From assembly GCA_013265495.1 (NCBI GenBank), contig MU057796.1, forward strand, positions 248,001 through 312,000: a DNA stretch of 64,000 nucleotides, read 5' to 3'. The DNA comes from Vicugna vicugna (lineage: Eukaryota). The notes beneath the pieces were generated by a model. That model ran no database searches and was not told the DNA's origin. It saw only the letters and a list, made by a program, of their open reading frames with translations. Shown piece after piece: positions 22,817 to 35,808 of the stretch (the first letter of the stretch is position 1; each line of letters starts with the position of its first letter). Both the position numbers and the translations under genes were made by a program.

Positions 22817-25800
22817 AGATGGGTTTCAGTATGAGATGGATATGTAAGAGGATCCTGAGTTCACCTCCTCCCACCAACACACTGAATCCATAGCTACTTA
22901 TGGAAAAACATCCTTTGGGAAAAAAAAAAACCCTAAAAACTGGCTGAGCAACCTTTACCCATTGGGCAATGAGAGTTAGCCCACATCAAAGTTGGTAGGA
23001 GAAGCTGGGACACAATCTTGCCATAACTGTTGCCCCCTCCCCCCTCTGCCGCCCCAGTACAGCAACCCACAGTCAGGAGAGAACTCCATACTTGGAGTTT
23101 CTCCATGAGGAGCAAAGGATTTGAACTCCACATTGGCCACCCCGGATTTTAAGACCTGCACCTGAATGATGAGCCCTCAAAGCATCTAGCTTTGAAAACC
23201 AAGGGAGCGCACATCCACAAGGCCCTGCAGTAATCTGAGAAACGGGTCTCACAGGGCTCACGCACTCAGGCTTACCTGCCCAGCATGGATGTGGTCAATT
23301 GGAGGGGGCCCAGAATTTATGTAGAAGAAGCTCATTTCCTTGTCTTGGAACATTAGCCTGAGGGGCAGTCATCTGATTCACATTTGGGAACCTGTTGGAA
23401 CACTCTCTGTGGATGGAGGTTGTTGTGTTCCATTTGGTGCTTCCTCTTCCACACTCCACAGCATCACCTTCTCCCAGAAGGGAGCTTTTTCATGTGTCTG
23501 GTACTCTGGTTTTACATCCAGTACCCTGTGTTTTGCAGCTGCCACCAGGGGACGTCACTACCTTGCCTGGCTCTGGTGTCTGCTGGGGCTTGCAATCGTG
23601 AGACACATTGGACTATCACTAATAAAGAAAGAGTTCTTAAATGGACACCACCTCCAAGCCACAGCAAGAGGTAACAGGCTCAGGAACTCAGTCTTTCTGT
23701 GAAGGAGGCAAATTAGCTTATCATCATAACTGCAGCCTGCAGGTCACGCTTCTAAGTAAACACATATCTAAGGGCTGACTAACCCTTTACAGAGACCATG
23801 TAGGGTGGGCGATATCTTCATGTTCTCTCTCTATCTGCCATGCTCCAAAGCACCAGTATTTTCCAGAGAACTTTTACACACATCTAGTGCTATAGATTTT
23901 ATTTCTGGTGCCCCAGTCCTTGTGGCTACTACCCAGAGGACGTTCCTTGGTAACCTGGCTCTGGTAGCCCAGGGGGCTTGTGCTTCAGGGCCTCACAGAA
24001 CTGTAACAATCAGAGAGAGAGAGAGTTCTCGGCAGACTGCCACCCCCAGAGCAATGCACTGACAACAGACTGAAATACACACTTAGTCTTTCTATAAAAG
24101 AGACCTATTACCTTGTTCAGGGACTTCAGCCTGAGGGGTGGGCTTCAGGTTTGGCAGACTCTAGAAGCCTATGGATGTGCTCTCAGGGAATGTCAGCTGG
24201 TGCAAACTGTCTTGGGTTCTCCCTTTACCTCATTACAGCTTGCTGGTATCTGTCAGACAGAAGCTTATACAGGAGTTTGGAGCACCAATTTTTGTGACTG
24301 TTGACCAGGGGACACCTACAGATTACCTGGCAGTGGAGGCCAACAAGGCTTACTAACACTTGCAGTCCCATAAGACAGTACATATTTGCATACTTTAAAA
24401 GCTACTGCCTGAGAATCTGGCTACCAATCAGCCTGAATCTAGGTGCTGATGGAGATCCTGCCCTTTGGGACATTGGCAGAAGCTGGTCTACCATTAACTA
24501 CTGGGAGTCATTAAAAATAAAATAGGCAGCTTGGAAAATCACAAAGATCTGAGAGACAATTAAGAGCTAGGATTGAACGGTAAGGTTTATTGCCTACATG
24601 AGGCCAAATTTTTAGACTGGGAGAAGTGGCTGTTTTGTCAAATGCATAAAAACTAATACAGAGAGCCAAGCAAAATGAAGAAACAGAGGAATATGTCCCC
24701 CACCCCCAACACTGGCCAAAGAAAAAGAGAACAAGATAAAATGTCAGAAAAAAAAATCCTTAATGAAATGGAGATACGTAATTTACCTGATGAAAGGATC
24801 AAAGTAATGGTTATATATATGCTCACTCAGAGTAAGAATGGCTGAACACAGTGAGAACATCAACAAAGATAGAACATGTAAGAAAGTATCAAATAGAAGT
24901 CACAGAGCTGAAGAATACAATAACTGAACTGAAAAATACACTAGAGGAGTTCAACAGCATACTAGATGAAGCAGAAGAAAGGCTCAGTGAACTGAAAGAC
25001 AGGGCAGTGGACCTCACCTAATCAGAGCAGCCAAAAGAATAAAAGAATGAAAAAAGGTGAAGGTAGCTTAAGGGACTTACCTGACAACATCAAATAGACT
25101 GACATTCACATTAGAGGGGTCCCAGAAGGAGGCAAGAGAGAAAGGGACTGAGAACATATTTGAAGACATAATCATTGAAAACTTCCCTATCCTGGGAAAG
25201 AAAACAAACATCCAGATCCAGGAAGTTCAGGGTTCCCCAAAAAGATAAACCCCAAAGTTACCACGTCAAAACATATTATAATTAAAATATTAAAAGTTAA
25301 AGACAAGGAGAGAATCTTAAAAGCAAAGTGAGAAAAACAATTTGTTACATAGGGAAACCCCGTAAGACTATGTAAGCAGATTTTTCAGCAGAAATTTTGC
25401 AGGCCAGAAGGGAGTGGCATGATATACTCAGTGTTCTAAAAGAAAAAAGTTCAGAAAGAAAAAACTTTCAATCAGAATACTCTACCAGGCAAAGTTATCA
25501 TTTAGAGTTAAAGAATAGTTTTTCAGACAAGCAAAAGCTAAAGGAGTTCATCACAGGAAACTGTGCTTACAGGAAATGTTAAAGGGACTGCTTTAAGCTG
25601 AAAAGAAAGGGTGTTAACTAGTAACAAGGAAACATGAAGGTATAAATCTCACTGATAAAGGTAAATATATAGTAAAGATAGTGAATTAATTACTTATAAA
25701 GCTAGTATGAAGACTAAAAGACAAAAGTAGTAAAAATAACTGTAGTTATAATAACTAAATAAGGAATACGCAAGATGAAAGGATGCAAAATGTGATATTA

Positions 25801-28800
25801 AAAACATAAAACATGGAGTGAAAAAATAAAAAATGTAGAGCTTTAGAATGTGTTTAAACTTAAGATGTTATCAACTTGAAATAGGCCCATATAAGTTGTT
25901 ATATGTAAGCACCATGGTAACCAAAAAGCAAAAACCTATAGTAGGAACACAAAAGAGAAAGAGAAAGGAATTTAAGCACACCTCTGTAGAAAGTCATCAA
26001 ACCACAAAGAAAGAGCGCAAGAGAAGAAAGGAATAGAAAGGAACTACAGAGACAGCCGGAAAACAGTTAACACAATGCCAATAAATGTACAACTAGGAAT
26101 AATTCTTTAAAAGTAAATGGACTAAATTCTTCAATCAAAAGACATAGAGTGCTGAACAGATAAAGAGAAACAAGATCCACCTGTATGCTGCCTACAGAAA
26201 TTCACTTCAGATATAAGGGCATACACAGATTGTGTGTGAAGGGATGGAAAAATATATTCTATGCAAAAAGAAAGCTGGGGTAGCTATGCTTATATCAGAC
26301 AAAATAGAATTTAAAATAAAAAGTACTTATTTCAGACAAAATAGACTTCGAAACAAAGACTGTAATAAGAGACATTATCATATTACATAATGATGAAGGG
26401 GTCAACCCAACAAGAAAATATAACATTTGTAAATATTTATGCACTTAGTATAGAGCATAGCAGCACTTCAGTATAGAAAGCAAATATTAACAAGTCTAAA
26501 GTGAGAAACAAACAGCAATGCAGTAATAGTTGGGGATTTAATAGCATACTAACATCAATGGGTAGATCATTAGACAGAAAATCAACATGAAAACATTGGC
26601 CTTAAATGACACATTTAATGATGGATTTAACAGATATATACAGAACATTTCATCCTAAAGACACCAATTACACATTCTTCTCAATTTCACATGCAAAATT
26701 CTGCAGGATAATCATACACAAAACAAGCCTTAATAAATTTAAGAAGATTGAAATCATATGAAGCATTTTTTCAACCATGATGGTATGAAAGTAAAAATGA
26801 ATTACAAGAAAAAAACTGGAAAAATCACAAATATGTGATATTAAACAACATGCTACCGAACAACAAATAGGTCAAGAAAGAAATTTTTAAAATCTGAAAA
26901 TACCTTGAGAGTAATGAAATTGGAAATACAACATACCAAAACTTATGGGCTGCACCTAAGAGGGATGTTCATAGTGACAAATGTCTACTTCAAGAAACAA
27001 GAAAAATCTCAAATTAAGAACCGAACTTTACACCTCAAGGATCTAGAAAAAGAAGAACATATGAAGCCCAAAATTAGAGAAGCGAGGAGATAACAAAGAT
27101 GGAGTGGAAATAAATAAACACTAAAAAGACAATGGAAAAGATCAAGTAAACTAGGAGCTGTTACTTTGAAAAGGTAAAAACATTGACAAGCCTTTAACTA
27201 GATTCACCAAGAATAAAAAGAGTACTCAGAACAAGTGGGAATAAATGAATAAATAACTGAATAAGTAAAATAGAAAATGAAAGAAAATAAATTACAGCTG
27301 ATACCCCAGAAATACAAAGAATCATAAAAGACTACTGTAAACAACTATACACCAACAAATTTGACAACCTAGAAGAAATGGACACCTTCCTAGAAACAAC
27401 CTACTAAGACTGAACCATGAAGAAACAGAAAATCTGACAAGACCTACTACTAATAAAAATTGAATCAATAATTAAAAACCTCTCAACAAACAGAAGTCCA
27501 GAACCAGACAGCTTCCCTGGGGAATTCTATCAATCATTCAAAGAAGTGTTAATACAAATCCTTCTTAAACTCTTCTAAGAAATAGAGGAGGAGAGGATGC
27601 TTCCAAACTCATTTTATGAGGTCAACATTACCCTGATACCAAAACCAGACAAGGAGGTTACAAGAAGAGAAAATACAAGTCAATATACTTGCTGAACACA
27701 GATGCAAAAATCCTCAACAAAAGATTAGCAAACTGAATTCAACAATACGCCAAAAGCATCAAAGACCATGATCAAGAGGGATTCATTTCAGGGATACAAG
27801 GATGGTTCAACATCCTCCAGTCAATCACTGTGATATACTACATTAACACAATGAAGGATAAAAATCATATGATCATCTCAAAAGATACTGAAAAAGCATT
27901 TGACAAAATTCAACATCCATTTATGATTAAAAAAATACTCAACAAGTGGGTATAGAGAGAATGTACTTCAACATTATAAAGACCATATATATGACAAACC
28001 CACAGCTAACATCATTCTCATGGTGAAAATCTAAAAGGAACAAGATAAGGGTGCCCAGTCTCTCCACTTTCATTGAACATAATATTGGAAGTCCTAGTCA
28101 GAGCCGTTAGGCAAGAAAAGTAAATAAAAGGCATCAAAATTGGAAAGAAAGAAGTAAAACTGTCACTATTTGCAGATGGCATATAACTGTTAGAACTAAT
28201 CAACAAATTCAGTAAAGCTGTAGGATACAAAATCAATATACAGAAGTCTGTTGTGTTTCTACATAGTAATAATGAACTAAGAAAAAGAGAAATTAAAAAA
28301 ATCCCATTTACAATTGCATCAAAAATGATAAAATACCTAGGAATAAATTTAACCAAGGAAGTGAAAGATGTGGACACTGAAAACTATGAGATATTAATTA
28401 AAGAAATTGAAAAAGACACAAATAAATGAAAAGATACTCCATGCTCATAGACTGGAAGAATTAATATTGTTAAAATGTCCATACTACCAAAAGCAATTCA
28501 CAGGTTTCAACATAATCCCTATTAAAATTCCAAGGGTACTTTTCACAGAAATAGAGCAAACAATCCTAAAATTTGTATGGAACTACAGAGACTCTGAAGA
28601 TCCAAAGCAATCTTGAAAAAAAAAAAAAAGAACAAAGCTAGAGGCATCACACTCTCCTGACTTCAAACTATATTACACTTTGGTATTGGCATAAAAAAGA
28701 CACATAAATCAATAGAACAGAATAAAGTCCAGAAATAAACCCATCATATATAGTCAACTAATTTATGAAAAAGGGACAATATACAATGGAAAAAGGACAG

Positions 28801-30886
28801 TCTCTTCAATAAATGGTTTTGGGAACACTGGATATTCCACATACAAGAGTGAGACTAGATCATTGATTTATTCCACACACAAAATTTAACACAAAATGTA
28901 TTGAATGTACGATCTGAAACCATAAAACTCATAGCTAGTAAGGTAGTAAGGTTAGGTGGCAAGCTCCTTGATATTGATCTTGGTGATAACATTTCAGATC
29001 TGACATCAAAAGCAAAGGAAACAAAAGTAAAAAAATAAACAAGTGGGACTGTATCAGTCTAAAAACTCCTAAACAGCAAAGGAAGGAAACCATAAACACA
29101 ATGAAAAGGCAAGCTAATGAATGGAAGAAAATATTTGCAAATCCTATATCTGATTAGGGACTATAATTCAAAATCCATAGAGAATGCACATAACTCAATG
29201 GCAAAATAACAAATAATCCAATTAAAAATGGGCAGGGGGTCTGAATAGATATTTTTCCAAAGAACATACGCATATGACTAACAGGTTCATGGAAAGGTGC
29301 TCAACATCACTAATCATCAAGGAAGTGCAAGTCAAAACCACAATGAGATATCACCTCGCACCTGTTAGAATGTCTGTTATCAAAAAGACAAGAAACAAGT
29401 ATTGGCGAGGATGTAGAGAAAAGGGAATGCTTGTGCATTGTTGGTGGGGATGTGAATTGATGTAGCCACTATGGAGAATATTATGGAGAGTCCTCAAAAA
29501 ATTAAAAGTAGAACTACCAAGTGATCCAACAATTCCACTGAAAACTTCACCTAACTTGAAAAGGTATCTGTACCTCCATGTTCATAGTAGCATATTTATA
29601 ATAGTCAAGACATGGAAACAACCTTAAGTGTTCACCAGTGAATGAATGGATAAAGAAGTTGTTATATATATGTGTGTGTAAAATATAATAATGTATATTA
29701 CATATGTAATATATGTGCATATTATATTGTTATATTATATTACATAATAATATATTGCATATACTATGTGTATGTGTGTGTGTATATACATACATACATA
29801 CATACAGTGGAATATTCAGCCATAAAAAACAAAGAACTCTTGACATTTCCAAGAACATGAATGGACCTTGGGGGCATTATAAGTGAAATAAGTCAGACAG
29901 AGAAAGACAAATATCCTATGATCTCACTTGTATGTGGAATCTAAAAAGAGAAAAAAAATCGAATTCACAGATATAGAAAACAAGTTGGCAGGGATTCTTG
30001 GGTGAGCAAAATGGGCAAAGTGGGTCAAACGGGACAAACTTTCAGTTGTAAGTAAGTACTAGGAATATAATTGACAGCACAGTGACTATAGTGAGCACTG
30101 CTGTGTGACAGGACAGTTTTTAAGAGAGTAAATCCTTTGAGTTCTCATCACAAAGAGAACTTTTTTCTTTTTATTGTGTCTGTATGAGATGATGGACACT
30201 CATGAAACCTATTGTGCTGATCGTTCCACAGTATATGTAAATCAAACCATCATGCTGCACACCTTAAACTTACACAATGGTGTGTGTCAATCATTTCTTA
30301 ATACAGCTGGAAAAATAAAGTAAAATAAAAAAGAAAATAAAGTATATATATATATACACAATGGAATATTATATGGGCATAAAAAGAGTGAAATCTTTCT
30401 TGCCTTATGCAGCAATACAGACAGGCCTGGAGGGAGTTATGCTCAGTGAAATAAGTCAAACAGAGAAAGACAGCTACCATACGATTTCACATGTATGTGG
30501 GATCTCAATAAAACAAAACAAACACACTTATAGATATGGGGACATAATACAGAGGTGGTTGCCTGAGGTGAGTGATGGGGGTGGGAGAAATAGGTAAAGA
30601 GGGTCAAAAGGCACAAATGCCCAGTTATAAGATAAAGTCCTGGGGATGTAATGCACAGTATGGTGACTGTAGGTAACAATACTGTATTGCATATATGAAC
30701 ATTGCTAAGAGAGTAGATCTTAAAATTTCTTATCCTATATGAAATATTTTGTAACTATGTATGGTGACAGATGTAACTAGACTTACTGTGGTGGTCATTT
30801 TGCAGTATGTACACATATTGAATCATTATGTTGTACACCTGAAACTAGTATAATGTTATATGTCTCTTATATCTCAATGAAAAAAT
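22817..30886 (+). mobile_element. Full-length decayed L1 (L1MA9/L1M2-like): 5' UTR ~22817-24670, ORF1 remnant ~24670-25580, ORF2 remnant ~26075-29880, duplicated 3' end
   Basis: ORF1 motif QARREWHDI, endonuclease start AAATGGACTAAATTCTTCAATCAAAAGACATAGAGTG, RT motif CTATTTGCAGATGG (LFAD) near 28166, and many stops and frameshifts. 16-bp TSD AAAATAA(G/T)AGCTTTTA at 22801-22816 and 30887-30902. Confidence 0.95.
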
Positions 30887-31834
30887 AAAATAATAGCTTT
30901 TATACTCTTGCTACCCTCTAACCCTCGTTTGCTGAAATTGCTTCTGTTATTTCCTTTCTTGCTTCCTTTTGTTTTTTTATTTTTTATTTTTAAATTCTAC
31001 TCATGGGAACCAAGAGTATTCTCGGTAACTTGTTTTCCAACATAACGCACAAGTTCATTTCCTCTTTGTATTTTCTCGAGGAAGTTACTTGGTGACTGTG
31101 TCAATCATGGGTGCTTGTTAAAAGTGAACATTCCTGGGTTCTTTCATAGTCCTTCTATATCAGTGTTTCTGAGAATGTAGCCTCCAAATCTGAATTTCTA
31201 GAAAGTCCTTGTGCATTCTGAAGTTAGAACATCTTAATTTTTTAAACTTACTTTTCTCACTAGTTTCTTTTGTTGCAAGTGGGAGAAAGAAAACTTTAGA
31301 AACCACAAAGTGCTTATTTTCTAGATGACAGAGTGGAGCAGTATTTAAGAGTAAAAACATGCATTATACAATCAAATCATACTTTTTCCTGAAAATCAGA
31401 ACATATGGTCACTTTGAAGTGAGTCTAGACACAGTCCCTCTTTTGGTATCTTGATGAATTATTCCTGAAGAAATGAGAAGGTACAAGAGAATGGCAGAGG
31501 GTAAGCGACTCCCCCCTTTTTTTCTTTTGAGGAGGAATGAAATGTAGGCTGAAGTTAGATGCCCAGAGACATAAATGTTCTGTATTCTTGCATGTATCCC
31601 TTCATCTATGTGGGGTTCAATTACCTCATACATAAAGTGAGATAATTGAGCAAAATAATCTCTAAATTCTCTGTGAGCAATAGTAAATAACATGTCATTC
31701 TTTTTCTCCAGGGGAAACATAGAGTCAAGGATAAAATAGAAATGAAGCTAGAAGTTCTCTTAAATAACAAATACTCAAGACATGTTTTTCACAGCCAGTT
31801 TTCCTTTTTTATGTGTTTTAATAAAATAATGTAA

Positions 31835-32260
31835 CAGTACTATATATCAGTGAAAAAGAAGAAAACATAGCTGCGCACATCAGGTTGGGTGCATTGCAAA
31901 AGATAATATTGAGTGAAAAAATCAAGTTGCAGAGGAATTCAGACAGTGATTCTGTTCATATCAGTTCAGAACATTCAAGAGTAAACCACCCATTGTTTGA
32001 ATATATCAACATACATGCTAAACTATGAGGAAAAACAAAGGAAGTATAAACCAAAATTCAGGGTAGTGGTTTCATCAAGGGAGGAGTGGTATGACCTCAT
32101 GGAGGGATGCATAGGGGGCCTTTAAGGGTTCCAAACACTCTATTCCTTATCTTGGATGGTGGACACATGGTGGTCAATTTTGTTGTAATTCACCATACCT
32201 TATACACATGTTATAATGAAATTTTGTACCCATTCAATTTTTGATTAAAAAAATTTAAAA
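31835..32260 (+). mobile_element. Ancient L1 3' end (L1ME-like)
   Basis: ATAATATTGAGTGAAAAAATCAAGTTGCAGA and CAAAATTCAGGGTAGTGGTT. Confidence 0.7.
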
Positions 32261-35089
32261 CCAAGTTGAGAACATGCATATCTTGATGTAAATTTTTTCC
32301 CCTCTGTTGTGTGCATTTCCATGTCTTTTTCTATTTCTTAACAGACTTTCATGTTTAAGTAAATAGATGTTTCAAGAGAAACAGAACCTTGTATTTTGGA
32401 AGTTCTTCACATAAAATTAAAGCAGCATCAACAACACAAGGTAGGAAAACACCAACAAATATGTAACAGGTACTTTTGCTAAAGTAAACCAGAACCATAT
32501 AAATGTGGATTGTGTGAGGTGTGCATTTCTGCACACAGAGAAATTTGGTGCCAGATTTCTAAAGCGTCACCCTCTAGAGATATTATTAGCTCCTTACATT
32601 TGAATAATATAAATTCCTTTTATTCACAACTATTGAAAATTAGGGCTTACTCTTCCCCATCTTCTTGATCACAACCACAGTTACTCATTTTAAAATATAA
32701 TTATCCAGGCACTGCTTTGGGAGAATGGTTTATCAAAAGAACACCAGGTTTCATGAATGTTGAATCTGGATTTCTTGGCTGCACTGCTGAACCCAGAAGT
32801 CTCCCGCTAGTAGACTGGTGACTCTTCAGGCTTTAGGAAATGTTTAATTAGTCATTAGCCCCTTAACTGCGGTTGGCCAGGCTTCTCAGCTTATATGAGA
32901 TAAAATATCAAGTGAAGTAAGGAAAACAACAGCGAGGTCTGAGAGTTTAGAACTTGTGAACTTCCCCCCAAATCTAAACACCATCAGCAATGGGCACCAT
33001 ATTCCCCAACATATAAACACTCTACCTCACTCCCTCCTTCACCAGGTCCCAGCCATGATTCAGATCTTGGGGGTCACATAGGGGTGTGTGTGTGTGCATG
33101 TGTGTGTGAGAGAGAGAGAAAGAGAGAGATTAGTTTTCTTAATCATATCTAATTTCTCTATCCCCCAGATTATATACAAAGAAAATAATCTCATATCTCA
33201 TGTGAGTACATAGTAAAATAGTTTTAATTCCCTGAAACTCAGTCCCTAATACTGATCATAATTAAAATATAGTTTGAAAATAAAAACAATTGACTCCATT
33301 GATTCAGAAGCACACATGAGAAATTTGGACTCTGTGAATGTTGGGGGCAATGCATTTAAAAGGCCAAAATCAAAGTAGCTCACAGCCATTTAGCTTAGAA
33401 AATGCAAACAAAAGCCATATCCTTTCCTATATGTTGTTGCTATGGAAAGTTTCACAGTCTGGGTATGCACCCTAAACTGTTTTCAGAAATGGAATAGGCA
33501 ATGCAATAAAAGTGAAATTCGTCTTTGTTCTAGACATTTAAAACAGAGATAGCATTTGATAACAAAATTTATAGGATTTATCTTCTATTAAGATGGAAAA
33601 TAAGTTGTCTCCATTGGTAACTTTTATAGAGGCAAGATTTGCAGTTGACTAAAAATAGAGTGATAAAACTGGATATAACAGAGCTAACATACATGACACT
33701 TAAAAACGGATACAGGGAGAAACATACATAGTAACTGAAAAAACATGGCTGAAAGGATGTGCACAGAATATTGACTTGGGGAAGCTCATAATCCAGTGGG
33801 TTATTGCTGGATGCGTATTTGCTTAAACTGAAATGAAAGCAGAGAAGCATTACAGTGTGTGGAGAAACAAGATAATATCTTGTAGGAACCTAGCCGTTGG
33901 ACAAGTCAAATTAAAGAACCCCACGATCAACATGATCAAAAGCAGCTGACATCTCTAACACAAGATGTGAAAATTTTGGTGGAACAGCTTATACTTCTAT
34001 TCAAACTCCCTGAAACAGACCCTATTAAGTCAAACTAAATTGTACCAAGTGCCTTAAAGAGGTGCCTGTCTGTTTTAATTTTCCTGACACTCCTCACTGT
34101 GGCTTGGCCTGATAGTGATTGTATAGAGCTATTAGGAATGCATCTGATAGAAAAATGCAGTTGTCAGCTACGGCTTTATTATTTTGATCCAATACAATAA
34201 TTTCTGTCATGACTATTGTTACATAAAAGGATATATTGGGCTACCAGCTCAGCCCCTAATTAAGCAACAAATTTTATACTAATATTAGATTTAAAGGGAA
34301 GATGGAACGTGCATTTATCTTCAAACTTACCTAATTATTGTTAGTGTACTGTTCTAGACATAAAGAAATCCACTCTGCAAATGAGTTTAACAAAGCAATG
34401 TATTTTGTTTTGTTTGTTTGTTTCTTGAAGTCTAATCCTTTAAACTAGTTGGGTTTTTAGTACCTACCTTTCCTTAAAAAATATAGACTAGAATGGCTAT
34501 ATGCAATTTAAGACATATTCATTCATCTTTTGGGGGCATACATTACAAAAATAGATGCTATAGAAGTATCACATTAATTAATCACCATTAATAATATGTT
34601 TTGCTTTTAAAGTGATGAATCAGTCAGAGAAACACTGAGCAGGTAAAAATTAATCTAAAGGAAACAGGGAACTCTCTTACAAGCAGGTGACAACTTCCAA
34701 ATTAGCTAGAAAATCAATGAGACGCAAATAGTTGGCTAGTGAAACAGAAGGGAGCGAAAAAAGAATTCATCACCAATCTAGCCCTCGACTCTGTTGTGTC
34801 TATTTTAGGCACATGTCGTGTTTTCTGTCAACACCAGCTATTTACATTTCCATCTCTGTACACCGTCATTTGATGTTCCCTGGCCCTGACCATCATCATC
34901 ATTAAGCCGCTTGCAAGTGTCCAGATGATCGGCACTCCCCTGTGTTCCTGCCCACGTCTGACCGTTCCTTCATTCCCAGCACTGCTGATGTTCATTCTTG
35001 TGCTAGTAGATCAAATATTATTTTAGCTACAACCAGCCTTCTGTTGTTACCCTCAAATTGATTCTTTATGTCGAAGCAGTATGTTTTCA

Positions 35090-35360
35090 GTTTTATAAGC
35101 TATCATGAAACAAGTACATCCAGATGCTGGTGGGGGCTTTGGACTTTACGTATATCACTTAATCTGCAACATTGCTATAGGGTAGATATAATTTTGTATA
35201 ATTCTATCCATATATATGGATATGTATGTATGTATGTATGTATCTATCTATCTATCTATCTAGCCAGGACTCAGAAAATTATATGCCTGAAGGTCTCACA
35301 GCTTCTAAGTGGCAGAGGTAGGATTTGAACCCAGGGCTCGTCAAATTTGCAACAAGTGCT
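35090..35360 (-). mobile_element. MIR with internal (TATG)n(TATC)n microsatellite
   Basis: GCCTGAAGGTCTCACAGCTTCTAAGTGGCAGAGGTAGGATTTGAACCCAGG; tetranucleotide run at ~35221-35261. Confidence 0.75.
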
Positions 35361-35602
35361 TTTAGTGGCCTTAAGACAGTTTGGTGGTGTTGTCAGCCCA
35401 GTGCTTAAGAAAACAAAGTGATCTGTACAAGGACCATCTGAAGGAAAATAAAGGGTGATGAGCTAAGGATGGGATGGGTTAGCACATTTTGAAGTGAAGC
35501 CTGAGATATCTGAGAAGTAGGTGATGATGTCAGATGAGTCTGGTGGGGTATCTGAGTGGACAGCAAACTATGGATCAGTGAAAAGCAGGACTGGGTTTAA
35601 GG

Positions 35603-35808
35603 CAGTGGTTTTCAGTTGAGGTGATTTTGCATCTCCCCCCCTCCCCGGGAACATTTGGCAAAGTCTAGAGATATTCTAGGGGTGGGGAAGGTGCTATGGC
35701 ACCTAGTAGTTAGAGGCTAGAAATGCAGCTAAACATCCTACAGACTACAAGACAGCACCCAACAATAAAGAATTATCTGGCCCCAAAAGTCAATAGTGAG
35801 AACTCCTG
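35603..35808 (+). mobile_element. MER20 (hAT-Charlie)
   Basis: CAGTGGTTTTCA start, GCAGCTAAACATCCTACA, AAAGAATTATCTGGCCCCAAAAGTCAATAGTG. Confidence 0.88.

Noticed and set aside
24670..29880. Active L1 ORF1/ORF2 or a domesticated gene
   Set aside because: Fragmented by many stops, frameshifts and deletions, including next to the RT LFAD motif.
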